From Candidatus Tectimicrobiota bacterium (GTDB taxonomy: Bacteria; JACPUC01): a stretch of 64,000 nt of DNA. Positions 48,815-58,679 of this stretch are shown here, piece after piece. The stretch covers positions 248,001 through 312,000 of the forward strand of contig JACPUC010000008.1 in NCBI GenBank assembly GCA_016192455.1, written 5' to 3'. Each line of letters starts with the position of its first letter. Positions within the stretch are counted from its first letter, which is position 1. Both the position numbers and the translations under genes were made by a program. A model generated the notes under the pieces. It worked only from the letters and a program-made list of their open reading frames with translations. It was not told the DNA's origin and did not search any database.

Positions 48815-50320
48815 ATGGTTCACCCTGCGACGTGGCTTCTGGCGCCTCTGCTCCTGGGGTTCTTCCTGGCGGCGGGCGGCACGGCGGCGGGCAAGCCGAT
48901 CATCATCGGCTCGAAGCAGTTCAATGAGAGCTATATCCTGGGCGAGGCGATGGCGCAGGTGTTGGAGGCGCGCGGCTACCGGGTGCAGCGCCGCCTCGGC
49001 CTGGGGGGCACGCTGATCTGCTTCGAAGCCCTGCGGAGCCGCGAGATCGACCTCTACCCGGAATACACCGGCACCATCGAGCAGGCCATCCTGAAGCTGC
49101 CGCGGCACGCCACCCGCGAAACCCTCAACGACAAGCTCCGCGAGGCGTACGGGCTGCGCCTGCTGCGGCCCTTCGGCTTCAACAACACGTATGCCCTGGC
49201 CCTCCCCGAGGACCTCGCCAGCAGGCTGGGGATTGCCGCGATCAGCGATCTGATGCGCTTCCCGAACCTGCGCATGGCCTTCAGCCACGAGTTCATGGAG
49301 CGCCAGGACGGCTGGCCCGGGCTCGCCGCCGCCTACCGCTTGGCGACGAAGCCGACGGGCATCCAGCATGGCCTCGCTTACCAGGCGATCCAGGAGCGCA
49401 CCATCGACGTGACCGATGTCTACTCGACCGACGGGGACATCGAGAAGTACCGCCTCGCCGTGCTGCGGGACGACAAGGAGTTCTTCCCGCAGTACTTGGC
49501 GGCGCCGTTCGCGCACCTGGGCGTTGACGAGCAGGTTGCGGCGGTCGTGAACGAGCTGCAGGGGAAGATCTCTGACGCCGCGATGCGGCGGGCGAACGCC
49601 CAGGTGCTCTTGAAGGGGGCGACGTTCGCCGAGGCGGCCGGCTCGCTGCTGAGGGAGATCGGCGTGGCGCAGGCAACGCGGGAGAGAAGGGACGGCGCCT
49701 TCTGGCTTACCCTCCTCCTGCAAACCGTCACCCACCTCAAGTTGACGCTTATCGCCCTGCTGGCGGCGATGCTCGTGGCCATGCCGCTGGGGGTGCTCGT
49801 CTACCGGCTGCAGCGCCTCTCCCGCCCCATCATCTACGCTGCCGGCCTGCTCCAGACAATCCCCTCCATTGCGCTGCTGGCGTTCATGATCCCCTTCTTC
49901 GGCATCGGCGTAAAGCCGGCCATCGTCGCCCTCTCCCTCTATGCGCTGCTGCCCATCCTGCGCAACACCGCCACCGCGCTCTTCTCCATCGATCCGCTGC
50001 TGAAGCGCGTCTCCATCGGCATGGGGATGACGACCTGGCAGCGCCTGCGGCACATCGAACTCCCCCTGGCCGCCCCGACGATCATGGCGGGCATCAAGAC
50101 GGCGGCGGTGATCAACGTCGGCACGGCGACGCTGGCGGCCTTCATCGGCGCCGGCGGCCTGGGCGAACCGATCGTGACGGGGCTGGCCTTGAACGACTCC
50201 GCGATCATCCTGCGCGGCGCCATTCCCGCGGCGCTGCTGGCCGTGCTCACGGAGTTCGCCTTCGAGGTCCTGGAGCGCCGGCTCGTGCCGCGCCACCTCC
50301 TGCAGCGCCTCGGTGCGTAG
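48815..50320 (+). CDS. Fused betaine-type substrate-binding domain and ABC permease
   Basis: IGSKQFNESYILGE, IDLYPEYTGT, GFNNTY, DVYSTDG, then QTIPSIALL and IGAGGLG permease motifs. Confidence 0.9.
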   Translation: MVHPATWLLAPLLLGFFLAAGGTAAGKPIIIGSKQFNESYILGEAMAQVLEARGYRVQRRLGLGGTLICFEALRSREIDLYPEYTGTIEQAILKLPRHATRETLNDKLREAYGLRLLRPFGFNNTYALALPEDLASRLGIAAISDLMRFPNLRMAFSHEFMERQDGWPGLAAAYRLATKPTGIQHGLAYQAIQERTIDVTDVYSTDGDIEKYRLAVLRDDKEFFPQYLAAPFAHLGVDEQVAAVVNELQGKISDAAMRRANAQVLLKGATFAEAAGSLLREIGVAQATRERRDGAFWLTLLLQTVTHLKLTLIALLAAMLVAMPLGVLVYRLQRLSRPIIYAAGLLQTIPSIALLAFMIPFFGIGVKPAIVALSLYALLPILRNTATALFSIDPLLKRVSIGMGMTTWQRLRHIELPLAAPTIMAGIKTAAVINVGTATLAAFIGAGGLGEPIVTGLALNDSAIILRGAIPAALLAVLTEFAFEVLERRLVPRHLLQRLGA

Positions 50321-50412
50321 CGGAGCGCTGCGCTGCGCCGCCTGCCGGCCTGTCGCGACGGCCCGATGCCCCCCGTCCGCCAGTGCCGGTGCGCCCCGCA
50401 GGACACGTGCGG

Positions 50413-50859
50413 ATGCCCTACACGAGACTCGACGCCGCGCAGACGCTGGCCCAGGCGTTCGCTCTCCTGGAATCGGTCCGTTTTGCCCTCGTCATCACCG
50501 TCAGCACCGACGGCCGGGAGCCGCGCTGCCGCCTCATGACCCCCGTGCCGCACCAGGGGAGCATCTGGTTCCGCACCCGACGCGGCTCGGGGAAAATTCG
50601 CCAGCTCCGGGAGCGGCCCAGCGCGGCGGTCATCGCGGAGCGCGACGGCTACGTGGCCATGGCGAGCTTCCGCGGCCTGGTGGAGGTGATCGACGAGGCG
50701 GGGCTGCTCCGGGAACCTCAGGCGCCCGCGCGCCTGGCCGCGACCTTCGAGGAGGAGCTTGGGACACAGCGCTACCTGCTGAAGCTCGTCCCCCGGCACG
50801 TGCGCTACGTCGACCACGCAGCGAGGTGCAAGGGCGAGGCGCACCTCGCCGCGCCCTGA
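50413..50859 (+). CDS. Pyridoxamine 5'-phosphate oxidase-like split-barrel protein
   Basis: TVSTDGREPRCRLM, WFRTRRGSGKIRQL. Confidence 0.7.
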   Translation: MPYTRLDAAQTLAQAFALLESVRFALVITVSTDGREPRCRLMTPVPHQGSIWFRTRRGSGKIRQLRERPSAAVIAERDGYVAMASFRGLVEVIDEAGLLREPQAPARLAATFEEELGTQRYLLKLVPRHVRYVDHAARCKGEAHLAAP

Positions 50860-50944
50860 GAGGCCGGGCGGGGAAATGAGGCTCCGGGGAGGGGAAAAGC
50901 GGACGGGCCGCCCGAAACGCTCTGCGCGGGCGTGGGTGGCGCCG

Positions 50945-51898
50945 TCAGGCGGCGCCGAGGAGCAATCGCACGACGTTAGGCAGGGTGGGGACATCGCGCC
51001 GGCCCGCACCATAGCCGACGCGGTCGATGCGGCGAAACGGCGGCGTGGCGGCATAGCCCGCCGCGATGGTGATGAGGATGGCGGCGCCGGTCGGCGTCAG
51101 GCACTCGCCCTCGAGGGTGTGGGAGCCCAGCGGCGCCCCCCCCATCCGCAGCAGCTCGACGACGGCAGGAACCGGCACCGGCATGAGGCCATGGGCGCAG
51201 CGCACCATGCCGCTCCCCACCGTCAGCGGGGAGACGATGGCGCGCTCGATGCCGAGGAGCTCGTAGCCGATCGCGAACCCGGTGATATCGATGATCGCAT
51301 CGACCGCCCCCACCTCGTGGAAATGGACCTCCTCGGGCGCGATGCCATGCACCCTCCCCTCCGCCACGGCAAGGTTCCAGAAGATCTCCCGCGCCAGCCG
51401 ACGCGCCGCCGAGCTGATGGGAGCCGCGTCGAGCAGGGCGTGAATCTGCCGCACGCCGCGCGCCTGCTCGTGCGCGTGGCTGTGGCCGTGGGCCTCAGCG
51501 GCAGGTCGAGGAGGCGCGGCATGAGGAGGCGCCGAGTGGTGGTGGCCGGCCCCATGGTGGGCATGGTGCGCCGCGCGGCTATGACTGTGCGCGCCGTGGT
51601 GTGTCGGCCTCGATTCGGCTTTGTGCTCCGTCGCTTCAGTTCCACCCTCGTCCGCTGCCGCGGCCTCCTGCGGCACGGTGTCGGCCTCCACGCCGGCGAT
51701 GCGCACGGTCAGCTTGGTCGCCGCCAGGCCCTGCCGGCGCACGCGCTCCACCACCACTTCCAAGCTCTCGACCGTGAGGGGAAGCTTCTGGAGCTCGGCG
51801 CGCCAGGCGCCTTCATCGAGGCCGGCGTCAAGGAGGCTGCCAAGCAGCATGTCGCCGCTGGCGCCGGCAAAGCAGTCGAAGTACGCCGTCCACCCCAT
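50945..51898 (-). CDS. larC: LarC N-terminal domain (LarC1-like) nickel-insertion protein with His-rich insert
   Basis: YFDCFAGASGDMLLG, AEGRVHG..VHFHEVGAVDAIIDI, CAHGLMPVPVPA, TPTGAA; ends at PNVVRLLLG without the C-terminal domain. Confidence 0.85.
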   Translation of the reverse strand: MGWTAYFDCFAGASGDMLLGSLLDAGLDEGAWRAELQKLPLTVESLEVVVERVRRQGLAATKLTVRIAGVEADTVPQEAAAADEGGTEATEHKAESRPTHHGAHSHSRAAHHAHHGAGHHHSAPPHAAPPRPAAEAHGHSHAHEQARGVRQIHALLDAAPISSAARRLAREIFWNLAVAEGRVHGIAPEEVHFHEVGAVDAIIDITGFAIGYELLGIERAIVSPLTVGSGMVRCAHGLMPVPVPAVVELLRMGGAPLGSHTLEGECLTPTGAAILITIAAGYAATPPFRRIDRVGYGAGRRDVPTLPNVVRLLLGAA

Positions 51899-52011
51899 GA
51901 CCTTCTTCCCGTTCCTCACCTGGAGGCCGCCAGGGACCCCCACCAACGAATGCTCCGGACAAGGCGTCGCACGGATCAGCGAAGGTTCGAAGCCGCACCC
52001 CCGATCTGACC

Positions 52012-52947
52012 TCAGAAGTGCATCACATCCTCTTCAAAATCGTCCGTCTCGATTTGGATCGTCGAGTGGTTCATCCCAAAGCGCTCCTTCAGGATGCGCC
52101 GCAGGTTCTGCAGGAGTGTCTTGGGGGACACCCCGTCGCCGCGGACGACGTGCGCGCTCAACGCATCCTTCCCTGAAGAGATGGTCCAGACGTGCAAGTC
52201 ATGGATGGACCGCACCCCCTCCGTGTCGAGCATCGCCTGCTCCACCGCGCCGATGTCGATGTGCGCCGGGGTGCTCTCCATGAAGACGTTGACCGCCTCC
52301 TGGAGGAGCTTCAGGGAGCTGAAGATGATGAGGACGGCGATGATCACGCTGATGATGGCGTCGGCGAGGTACCAGCCGCGCCAGAGGATGAGGGCCGCGG
52401 CGAGCAGCACCCCCACGGAGCCGAGGAGGTCGCCGACAACGTGCACGAAGGCGCCGCGCACGTTGAGGTTGTGGGCGCTGGCTTCGCGCAGGAGGAGAAT
52501 CCCCACCACGTTGACGACCAGGCCGCCGGCGGCGATCAGGGCCATCGTGCCGCCCAGCACGGGCTGCGGCGTCAGGAACCGCTGGTAGGCCTCGTAGATG
52601 ATCCACAAGGCGACGACGACCAGGAAGATGCCGTTGACGAGAGCGGCGAAGATCTCCGCGCGGTGGTAGCCGTAGGTGTGGCGCGGACCGGCGTTCATGT
52701 TCGCCAGGCGCAGCGCCAGGAAGGTGACGAGCAGCGAGGCGAGGTCGGAGACCATGTGCCCGGCGTCGGAGAGGAGGGCCAGGCTGTTGGTGAGCAGTCC
52801 CCCGATCACTTCCGCCACCATGTAGGCGGCGGTCAACCCCATGACGAGGCGGAGCGAGCGGTCGGTCCTCCCGTCGAAGGCGCGCGAGAGCCCGTGCCCC
52901 GCTCGGTGGGCGTGGTCATCATGGCTTGCTGGTGCGTACTGATTCAT
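52012..52947 (-). CDS. Cation diffusion facilitator (CzcD/ZitB-like)
   Basis: SLALLSDAGHMVSD, NVRGAFVHVVGDLLGS, IHDLHVWTI; His-rich N-terminus. Confidence 0.93.
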   Translation of the reverse strand: MNQYAPASHDDHAHRAGHGLSRAFDGRTDRSLRLVMGLTAAYMVAEVIGGLLTNSLALLSDAGHMVSDLASLLVTFLALRLANMNAGPRHTYGYHRAEIFAALVNGIFLVVVALWIIYEAYQRFLTPQPVLGGTMALIAAGGLVVNVVGILLLREASAHNLNVRGAFVHVVGDLLGSVGVLLAAALILWRGWYLADAIISVIIAVLIIFSSLKLLQEAVNVFMESTPAHIDIGAVEQAMLDTEGVRSIHDLHVWTISSGKDALSAHVVRGDGVSPKTLLQNLRRILKERFGMNHSTIQIETDDFEEDVMHF

Positions 52948-54277
52948 GGCGTTGCAGAAAAGCGGGTTGGAGGCTCCGCGAGCCGTTGCCGCTTCGCTCC
53001 GTGGTGAAAAGGCGCTGCATGCCCGCCAGAATGCGCTTCGCGGTGACGCCGCTGCTGTTCACGAAGAGCTGCCGCGGGCCATCGCGCAGCACCGCCGCGG
53101 CGCCGGTGAAGAAGAGCGGCAGCGGCGCCGCGCCGGCTCTGGTGACGGCGCGGAAGTCCTCGTCGAGGACCGGGTAGGGACCATCGACGAGCAGGTCGCC
53201 GAGCACGGGCCGCAGGAACGGCAGGCGCCGCACGTCGAACGCGTAGCCCGTCGCCAGGATCAGGTGGTCCACCTGCGCCATGTCTCCGTCGCGCAGCATC
53301 AGCCGCACCCGCCGCCGCCATGGCAGCGCCGCGCCGACGTCGCAGCCGAAGCGCGTCCGCAGGCGCGGCTGCGGGCTGTGCAACAACTCCCGGTGGAGGA
53401 AGGGGCTGATCGTCGGCCCCCACGCCAGGGCGCCGGCGAGCAGCCGTCGGCGCGCCTCCGCCGGCAGGCCGGCAAAGCGCCCGCAGTGCCGGTCGTTGAA
53501 CCACTGGGACGGAACCGGGTAGAGGTGCGGCCGCGGCGGGCGCCGGGCCAGCCACCAGACGACCGGCACGCGCGTCTCGGCGAGGAGCCGGGCGACCGCC
53601 TCCGCCGCCGACTGCCCGCCGCCCAGGACGGCCACGCTCTCGGCGTTCGCCAATGGCGCGATCGTCAACCCATGGCTGTGGCTGAAGTGCACCCCGTCCT
53701 CAAGTCCGCCGGTCATCTCTTCCGGCAGGCGACGGAACTCGCCGCCTCCCCAGCCGACCATGCCGGTCGCCAGGACGACCCAGCGGCTGTGCAGCCGCCG
53801 CAGCGCTCCGCCGCAGCGCACCAGGAGATCAAGGCCGTCCGCTGCGGTGGACGAGCGGGCATCCGCCCCGGCTGACTGTGGGCGTTCGATCGCCACGACC
53901 TCCGCCCCTGGGACGACGCAGCCCAGGCGCTCGGCCACCTCCTGGAGGTAGGCATGGTACTCCCGCCGCGACACGCCGTAGAGGGCGGCCAGGCTCGCGG
54001 GCCGGGCAGGCGGCCCGCCGAGGACCGCCTCGCGGAAGCGCGCGAAGGTCCACGTCCGCCACGGATCGTGCCAGGCGACGAGATCGTGGAGCGCCGGCGA
54101 GCGCAAACGCATGGCCTCCGGCATGGCGGGGGCTGTCCAGGAGGCGGCCGCCGCGTGCCGCTCCAGCACCTGCACGTCCCGCAGCATCCCCTGGCCCTCG
54201 CAGAGCAGGTAGAGAGCCACGCTCAGCCCGCGAGGACCGGCGCCGACGATCGTCACCGTGGCATGCCGCGCCTGCAT
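52919..54277 (-). CDS. FAD/NAD(P)H-dependent flavoprotein, N-hydroxylase/monooxygenase-like
   Basis: IVGAGPRG, VVLATG, VLGGGQSAAE, LILATGY. Confidence 0.7.
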   Translation of the reverse strand: MQARHATVTIVGAGPRGLSVALYLLCEGQGMLRDVQVLERHAAAASWTAPAMPEAMRLRSPALHDLVAWHDPWRTWTFARFREAVLGGPPARPASLAALYGVSRREYHAYLQEVAERLGCVVPGAEVVAIERPQSAGADARSSTAADGLDLLVRCGGALRRLHSRWVVLATGMVGWGGGEFRRLPEEMTGGLEDGVHFSHSHGLTIAPLANAESVAVLGGGQSAAEAVARLLAETRVPVVWWLARRPPRPHLYPVPSQWFNDRHCGRFAGLPAEARRRLLAGALAWGPTISPFLHRELLHSPQPRLRTRFGCDVGAALPWRRRVRLMLRDGDMAQVDHLILATGYAFDVRRLPFLRPVLGDLLVDGPYPVLDEDFRAVTRAGAAPLPLFFTGAAAVLRDGPRQLFVNSSGVTAKRILAGMQRLFTTERSGNGSRSLQPAFLQRHESVRTSKP

Positions 54278-54418
54278 GGATCACTACCGCGGTCAGGCGG
54301 CGTCTGGAACGCCGGCGCTCATGCGGCCGAGCACGGAAGGCCCCGCGCCATGGCCCGGCGCGCCGCAAGGCTGGCGGTGAGTCCGCCGCCCGCCGCTGCG
54401 TTGCGGGATCGCCTCTCC

Positions 54419-55681
54419 TCAGCCGGGGGGGCAGGTCCCGTGCGCCAGATGGTGCTCGAAATCGCCGCGGAAATGTCTTACGGCGCTCAGCACCGGCGCC
54501 GCCGCCATGGCGATGAGGCTGCATCGGCCCTTGCCGCGGTTGAAGGCGGCCACCTTGTCGAACTGGTCGAGGAGCATCGGGGTGCCCTTGCCCTCCTTGA
54601 TCTGCCGCAGGAGCGTCTGAAACGTCGAGGTCTCCATGCGGCAGGCGGGGCAGGCGCCGCACGACTCGGCCGCGAAGAAGCCGGCATGCTTCAGCGCCTC
54701 TTCAAGCATGCAGCGCCCTACCGGGATGAGCTCCATAACGCCGCAGCCGAGGATCGAGCCGGCATCGCGCATCGCCTGGTGATCGAGCGGCGTGTCGAGG
54801 CAGGTTGCCGGCAGGAAGGCCGTCGAGGGCCCGCCGGGCAGGATCGCCTTGATGGCCTTGCCGTCCCGCAGGCCGCCCCCGCAGCCGTCGATGAGCTGCC
54901 GCAACGGCGTCCCCAGCGGCAGCTCGTAGGCCCCCGGGCGCCGCACCTCCTCGCCGAGGCAGAAGATCATGGTTCCGGGGCTCTGCGCGGTGCCGAAGCC
55001 GCGGAACCACGCCGCGCCCCGCAGGACGATGCGCGGGATGTTCGCCATGGTCTCGATGTTGGAGACCAGCGTGGGCTTGCCGAACAGCCCCGCCTGGACA
55101 GGGTAGGGGGGCTTCTCGCGCGGCACGGGGTCCTTGCCCTCGAGGACTTCGAGCGCCGCCGTGTCTTCGCCCGCGACATAGGGGGTGGGCGCCCGGAAGA
55201 GCTCGAGTTCGAAGGAGAAGGCGCTGCCCAGGATGCCGCGGCCGAGGTATGCCTTCCCGGCGGCCTCCTGCATGGCGGCGGCGAGGCTCGCCTGCGCCGC
55301 CGCATAGGTGCGGTTGACGTAGAGGTACCCCTTGGTCGCACCGACCGCCAGGGCGCAGAGCGTCACCCCCTCCAGGATGAGGTGCGGGTGGTGCTCCATG
55401 AGGATGCGATCCTTGAAGCTGCCGGGCTCGTCCTCGCCGCCGTTCGCCACCACGAACTTCTGCTCGGCTTGCGCCTTCGCCGTCAGCTCCAGCTTCGTCC
55501 CCGTCGGGAAGGCCGCGCCGCCCCTGCCGCGAAGGCCGGCCGCCTGCACCTCCTCGATCACCCGCGCGGGCGCCTGCGCGTCCACAATGGCGCTGAGGGC
55601 TTCATAGCCGCCGCGCCCGCGGTAGGCAGCCAGGGATTCCTTGGCGGTGGACTGCCGTGCCGGGAACAGGATCGTATCCAT
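54419..55681 (-). CDS. Stand-alone NuoF/HoxF-like FMN/NADH-binding [4Fe-4S] subunit
   Basis: GLRGRGGAAFPTGTK, NGGEDEPGSFKDR, YVAGEDTA, ESCGACPACR. Confidence 0.9.
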   Translation of the reverse strand: MDTILFPARQSTAKESLAAYRGRGGYEALSAIVDAQAPARVIEEVQAAGLRGRGGAAFPTGTKLELTAKAQAEQKFVVANGGEDEPGSFKDRILMEHHPHLILEGVTLCALAVGATKGYLYVNRTYAAAQASLAAAMQEAAGKAYLGRGILGSAFSFELELFRAPTPYVAGEDTAALEVLEGKDPVPREKPPYPVQAGLFGKPTLVSNIETMANIPRIVLRGAAWFRGFGTAQSPGTMIFCLGEEVRRPGAYELPLGTPLRQLIDGCGGGLRDGKAIKAILPGGPSTAFLPATCLDTPLDHQAMRDAGSILGCGVMELIPVGRCMLEEALKHAGFFAAESCGACPACRMETSTFQTLLRQIKEGKGTPMLLDQFDKVAAFNRGKGRCSLIAMAAAPVLSAVRHFRGDFEHHLAHGTCPPG

Positions 55682-55875
55682 CTCTCTTCTTTCGTGGAGG
55701 AGACGCAGCCCTTCGCCCAGGACCGCAGGAGGAGCGGCGCGCGGTGAAAGCGCCCGCTGCCCCGAGGCGGCGGCACCGCCGGCCCACGCCAACCTAGGCG
55801 TGGAGCGTCATCACCCGAGCAGGCGCGGCACAGCGCCTCGCAGGCGGCGTCCCAGGTTCCCCCCGCCGCGCTCTT

Positions 55876-55904
55876 ACGATAGCCAATCAGAGGGCGATGC
55901 TCAA
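55876..55904 (-). promoter_or_regulatory. Possible sigma70 promoter for the NuoF-like gene
   Basis: Minus strand TTGAGC-17-TATCGT. Confidence 0.4.
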
Positions 55905-55979
55905 GGAGGCAACGCTTTGCTCAGGTGCAACAATGGGGTCCAGCAAAGGGGATGTGCAGCAGTGCGATGGAGGAAGCGG

Positions 55980-56312
55980 CTAGAACAACCCTGCATCGAG
56001 GAGCTGGAAGATGAACTCACGGTGGGTGGGATCGATCTTGTTCATGAGGCGCTCAACGGCAGGACCGCCGCAGAGATGGTCGAGGATCGCTTTGACGTCG
56101 CCCGGCTTGACGGCCGCATACCAGTGACGGCTCGGGTGGAGCACGATGTTCGGGGCTTCATGGCACGCCCCGAAGCACATGTACTCCTTAACCTCGATGT
56201 CCTCCACGCCGCGCTCGTCCAACCCTTTCTTGATCGCCGCCATCAGCTCGTCGGACCCGCGTCCCCTACAGTCGATATTCCGGCAGACGAGCAGGTAGCG
56301 GCGTCCCTCCAC
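55980..56312 (-). CDS. Thioredoxin-like [2Fe-2S] ferredoxin
   Basis: CRNIDC ... CFGAC ..PN pattern; GAGGGAG RBS before GTG. Confidence 0.85.
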   Translation of the reverse strand: MEGRRYLLVCRNIDCRGRGSDELMAAIKKGLDERGVEDIEVKEYMCFGACHEAPNIVLHPSRHWYAAVKPGDVKAILDHLCGGPAVERLMNKIDPTHREFIFQLLDAGLF

Positions 56313-56434
56313 AGCGCTCTCCCTCGCGCCTTCGCAACGTTGCAAGCTTCTCAAGCCAACCCACCGCGCGCCCCGCGGCGCTCGCCGCACGAGGAGCCGG
56401 CCGCGGGGTGGTCTCGGCGGGTGCGAGCCCCGGC

Positions 56435-57547
56435 CTAGGCTTTCGCGGCGCCGAGGACCCAGTCGTGGTCCTTCATCAACCCCCGCAGCTCCGCCTCGTC
56501 CCCCGGCGTCGGCAGGACCTCGCGGCGGTGCTTCTGGTACGCCTCCTTGCTCAGCTCAACCCCTTCGACACTGTAGCTCTTGCCGGCGTAATCCCCGATG
56601 CGTCGGTTGAACTTGAGGTCCGGCAGGCGCAGCTTCGGCTCTCCCTCCGGAACCTGTTCGTTGAGCTGATCGACGAGCTTTTGGACCTCCGCCACGTAGG
56701 CTGCCCGCGCCGCCTCGTTGAGGGCGTTCTTATCCGCCGCCTCCTTGGCCGTGTCCTCGTTGTAGCGGCCCTTGACGCCCCAGACGTAGGCCCAGGCCGC
56801 CGAGCCCGAGTGGTCGGTGCCGAAGAGGTCGTAGGCCGAGCTGGCCCACTTCGTGAGGTACTTCTGGAACAACCGGAGTGGGACCCTGCGCGCCTTCAGC
56901 ACCCGCGTCAGCCCCTGGTGGCCGGTCATGAGGTGGAACGATTCCTCCTGCAGCATCGGCCCCATGCTGCGGGCCAGGGGGGCGAAGCTCGAGCGGCTGA
57001 GCATGGTGAGCTGGAACTTGCCGTCGCGGTCAACGAGCTCCTGGAAGAGGTAGAGGTCGAACCAGGTGGTGATGGGATCGTTGAAGGTGGTGAGGAGCCG
57101 GGTGTTCTTCGTGGCGCGGCGTTCGAGGAGCTTCTGCGCTTCGATCTTGCCGGAGTCGCCGAAGTGCTCGAGCAGCACATCCGTCATCTGGAAGCCGTGC
57201 CGCGTCTCCTCTTGCATGATGCGCACCAGGCACTTGAGGTCGGCGTCGCTCGGGGCGGTCTCCAGCAACTGGCGCTGCTGCTCCACCGAGGCGAACTCGG
57301 TGTCGCCCTGGAAGGTGATCATGGCCAGGATGGAGTCGCGGATGCGCTGGTCGGGAACCTGGCGGGCGTTTCGCCACTTCGGGCGCCCCTTGTAATCGCC
57401 GAACTCGATCTCCTCCGTCTTCATCTCGCCGTACTTAGCGACGGGCATGAAATCACGCGTGAAGCGCTCGTCCAGGTTCAGCTCTCGCTGCCAGGCGCGA
57501 AAGACCGACACCCAATCATCCCGGTTGCTGATCTTTGCCGAACTCAT
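56435..57547 (-). CDS. Short BoxB-like diiron aryl-CoA epoxidase subunit (PaaA/PaaC family)
   Basis: QGDTEFASVEQQR, APS..D, EETRH, DRDGKFQL, F.PLAR, EESFH, KFNRRIG. Confidence 0.85.
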   Translation of the reverse strand: MSSAKISNRDDWVSVFRAWQRELNLDERFTRDFMPVAKYGEMKTEEIEFGDYKGRPKWRNARQVPDQRIRDSILAMITFQGDTEFASVEQQRQLLETAPSDADLKCLVRIMQEETRHGFQMTDVLLEHFGDSGKIEAQKLLERRATKNTRLLTTFNDPITTWFDLYLFQELVDRDGKFQLTMLSRSSFAPLARSMGPMLQEESFHLMTGHQGLTRVLKARRVPLRLFQKYLTKWASSAYDLFGTDHSGSAAWAYVWGVKGRYNEDTAKEAADKNALNEAARAAYVAEVQKLVDQLNEQVPEGEPKLRLPDLKFNRRIGDYAGKSYSVEGVELSKEAYQKHRREVLPTPGDEAELRGLMKDHDWVLGAAKA

Positions 57548-57606
57548 GCTGCTGCATCCTTCTCCGCCGCGCCGGCCGGTCGAGCCAACGGCTCCGTCGC
57601 CAACGG

Positions 57607-58404
57607 CTACGCCCCCTTGAACAGCGGCACGCGCCTCTCCACGTAGGCCGACAGGCCCTCCTTGGCATCCTCGCTCTGGAAGAGCTGCTGCTGCAGCTCG
57701 CGCTCAATCGCCAGGGCTTCGGAGAACGGCACCTCGCCGCCGGACTGCACCGAGCGCTTGATGAGCCCCACCGCCTTGCTGGCCTTGTTGGGCGGGCAGA
57801 ACTGCCGGGCGTAGTCCATCACCTCCTGGACGAACTCATCGGCGTCGGTGCTGGCGTAGATGTCGTGGATGAGTCCCCAGTCGAGCGCCTCCTCGAACGA
57901 GAAGGTGCGCCCGGAGGCCATCAGCTCGATCGCCCTGGCCTTGCCCAGCAGGCGGGTGAGGCGCTGCGTGCCGCCCGTGCCCGGCAGCACGCCGAGGGCC
58001 ACCTCGGGCAGGCCGGTGCGGCCGGAGTCCTTGCGCGCGATGCGCAGATCGCAGGCCATGGCGATCTCCAGCCCGCCGCCCACCGTGTGGCCGTTGAGCG
58101 CCGCAATGATCAGCTTCGGCGTCTGCTCGAAGCGCGTCAGCGTTTCATTGGCGTGCAGGCAGAAAAAGTACTTGAAGCGCGGGGTCACGGAGGTGAGCAT
58201 CTGGATGTTGGCGCCAGCCGAGAAGAACTTCTCCCCATGCCCCCGCAGCACGATCACGGAGGCATCGTCATCCATGCGCGCCGTCAGGATCGCCTCGTCC
58301 AGCTCCCGCATCATGGCGTAGGTATAGGTGTTGGCCGGTGGATCATTCAGCTCGATGAGCGCCACCCCTTTCTCGGTTGTATAGTTGACGAGCTTCTCCG
58401 CCAT
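57607..58404 (-). CDS. Enoyl-CoA hydratase/isomerase family protein
   Basis: FSAGANI, GGGLEIAMACD, LPEVALGVLPGTGGTQRL. Confidence 0.92.
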   Translation of the reverse strand: MAEKLVNYTTEKGVALIELNDPPANTYTYAMMRELDEAILTARMDDDASVIVLRGHGEKFFSAGANIQMLTSVTPRFKYFFCLHANETLTRFEQTPKLIIAALNGHTVGGGLEIAMACDLRIARKDSGRTGLPEVALGVLPGTGGTQRLTRLLGKARAIELMASGRTFSFEEALDWGLIHDIYASTDADEFVQEVMDYARQFCPPNKASKAVGLIKRSVQSGGEVPFSEALAIERELQQQLFQSEDAKEGLSAYVERRVPLFKGA

Positions 58405-58679
58405 CGCAGGCTCTCCTCCACCTGGAAGGTGAGGCGGGGAACCCTCCCCGCACCAAAAAACCGACGTACTCCGAATAATTCAGACTCGTACTATTTCTAT
58501 GCAACGGAGTATAACAAAAAACTCTTCCCATTCAACGGCCAATGTTGCGGAGAATCCTGGTCGCTCCCCCCGAAGGTCGCGGGCGGGCCGGGTCTTCCCG
58601 CTTGCCGCCACCACCTCCCTGGCCTCGGCTCCCCAACCAGGAAACGCAGCAGAGAGCCGCCCGGCCGTCTGGCCTCCGC

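Noticed and set aside
50860-50944. Programmed frameshift from larC1 into larC2
   Set aside because: Only 85 bp remain before a convergent gene; no LarC2-like frame
54419-55681. Respiratory complex I or hydrogenase operon
   Set aside because: No other nuo, hox or hnd catalytic or membrane subunits are adjacent
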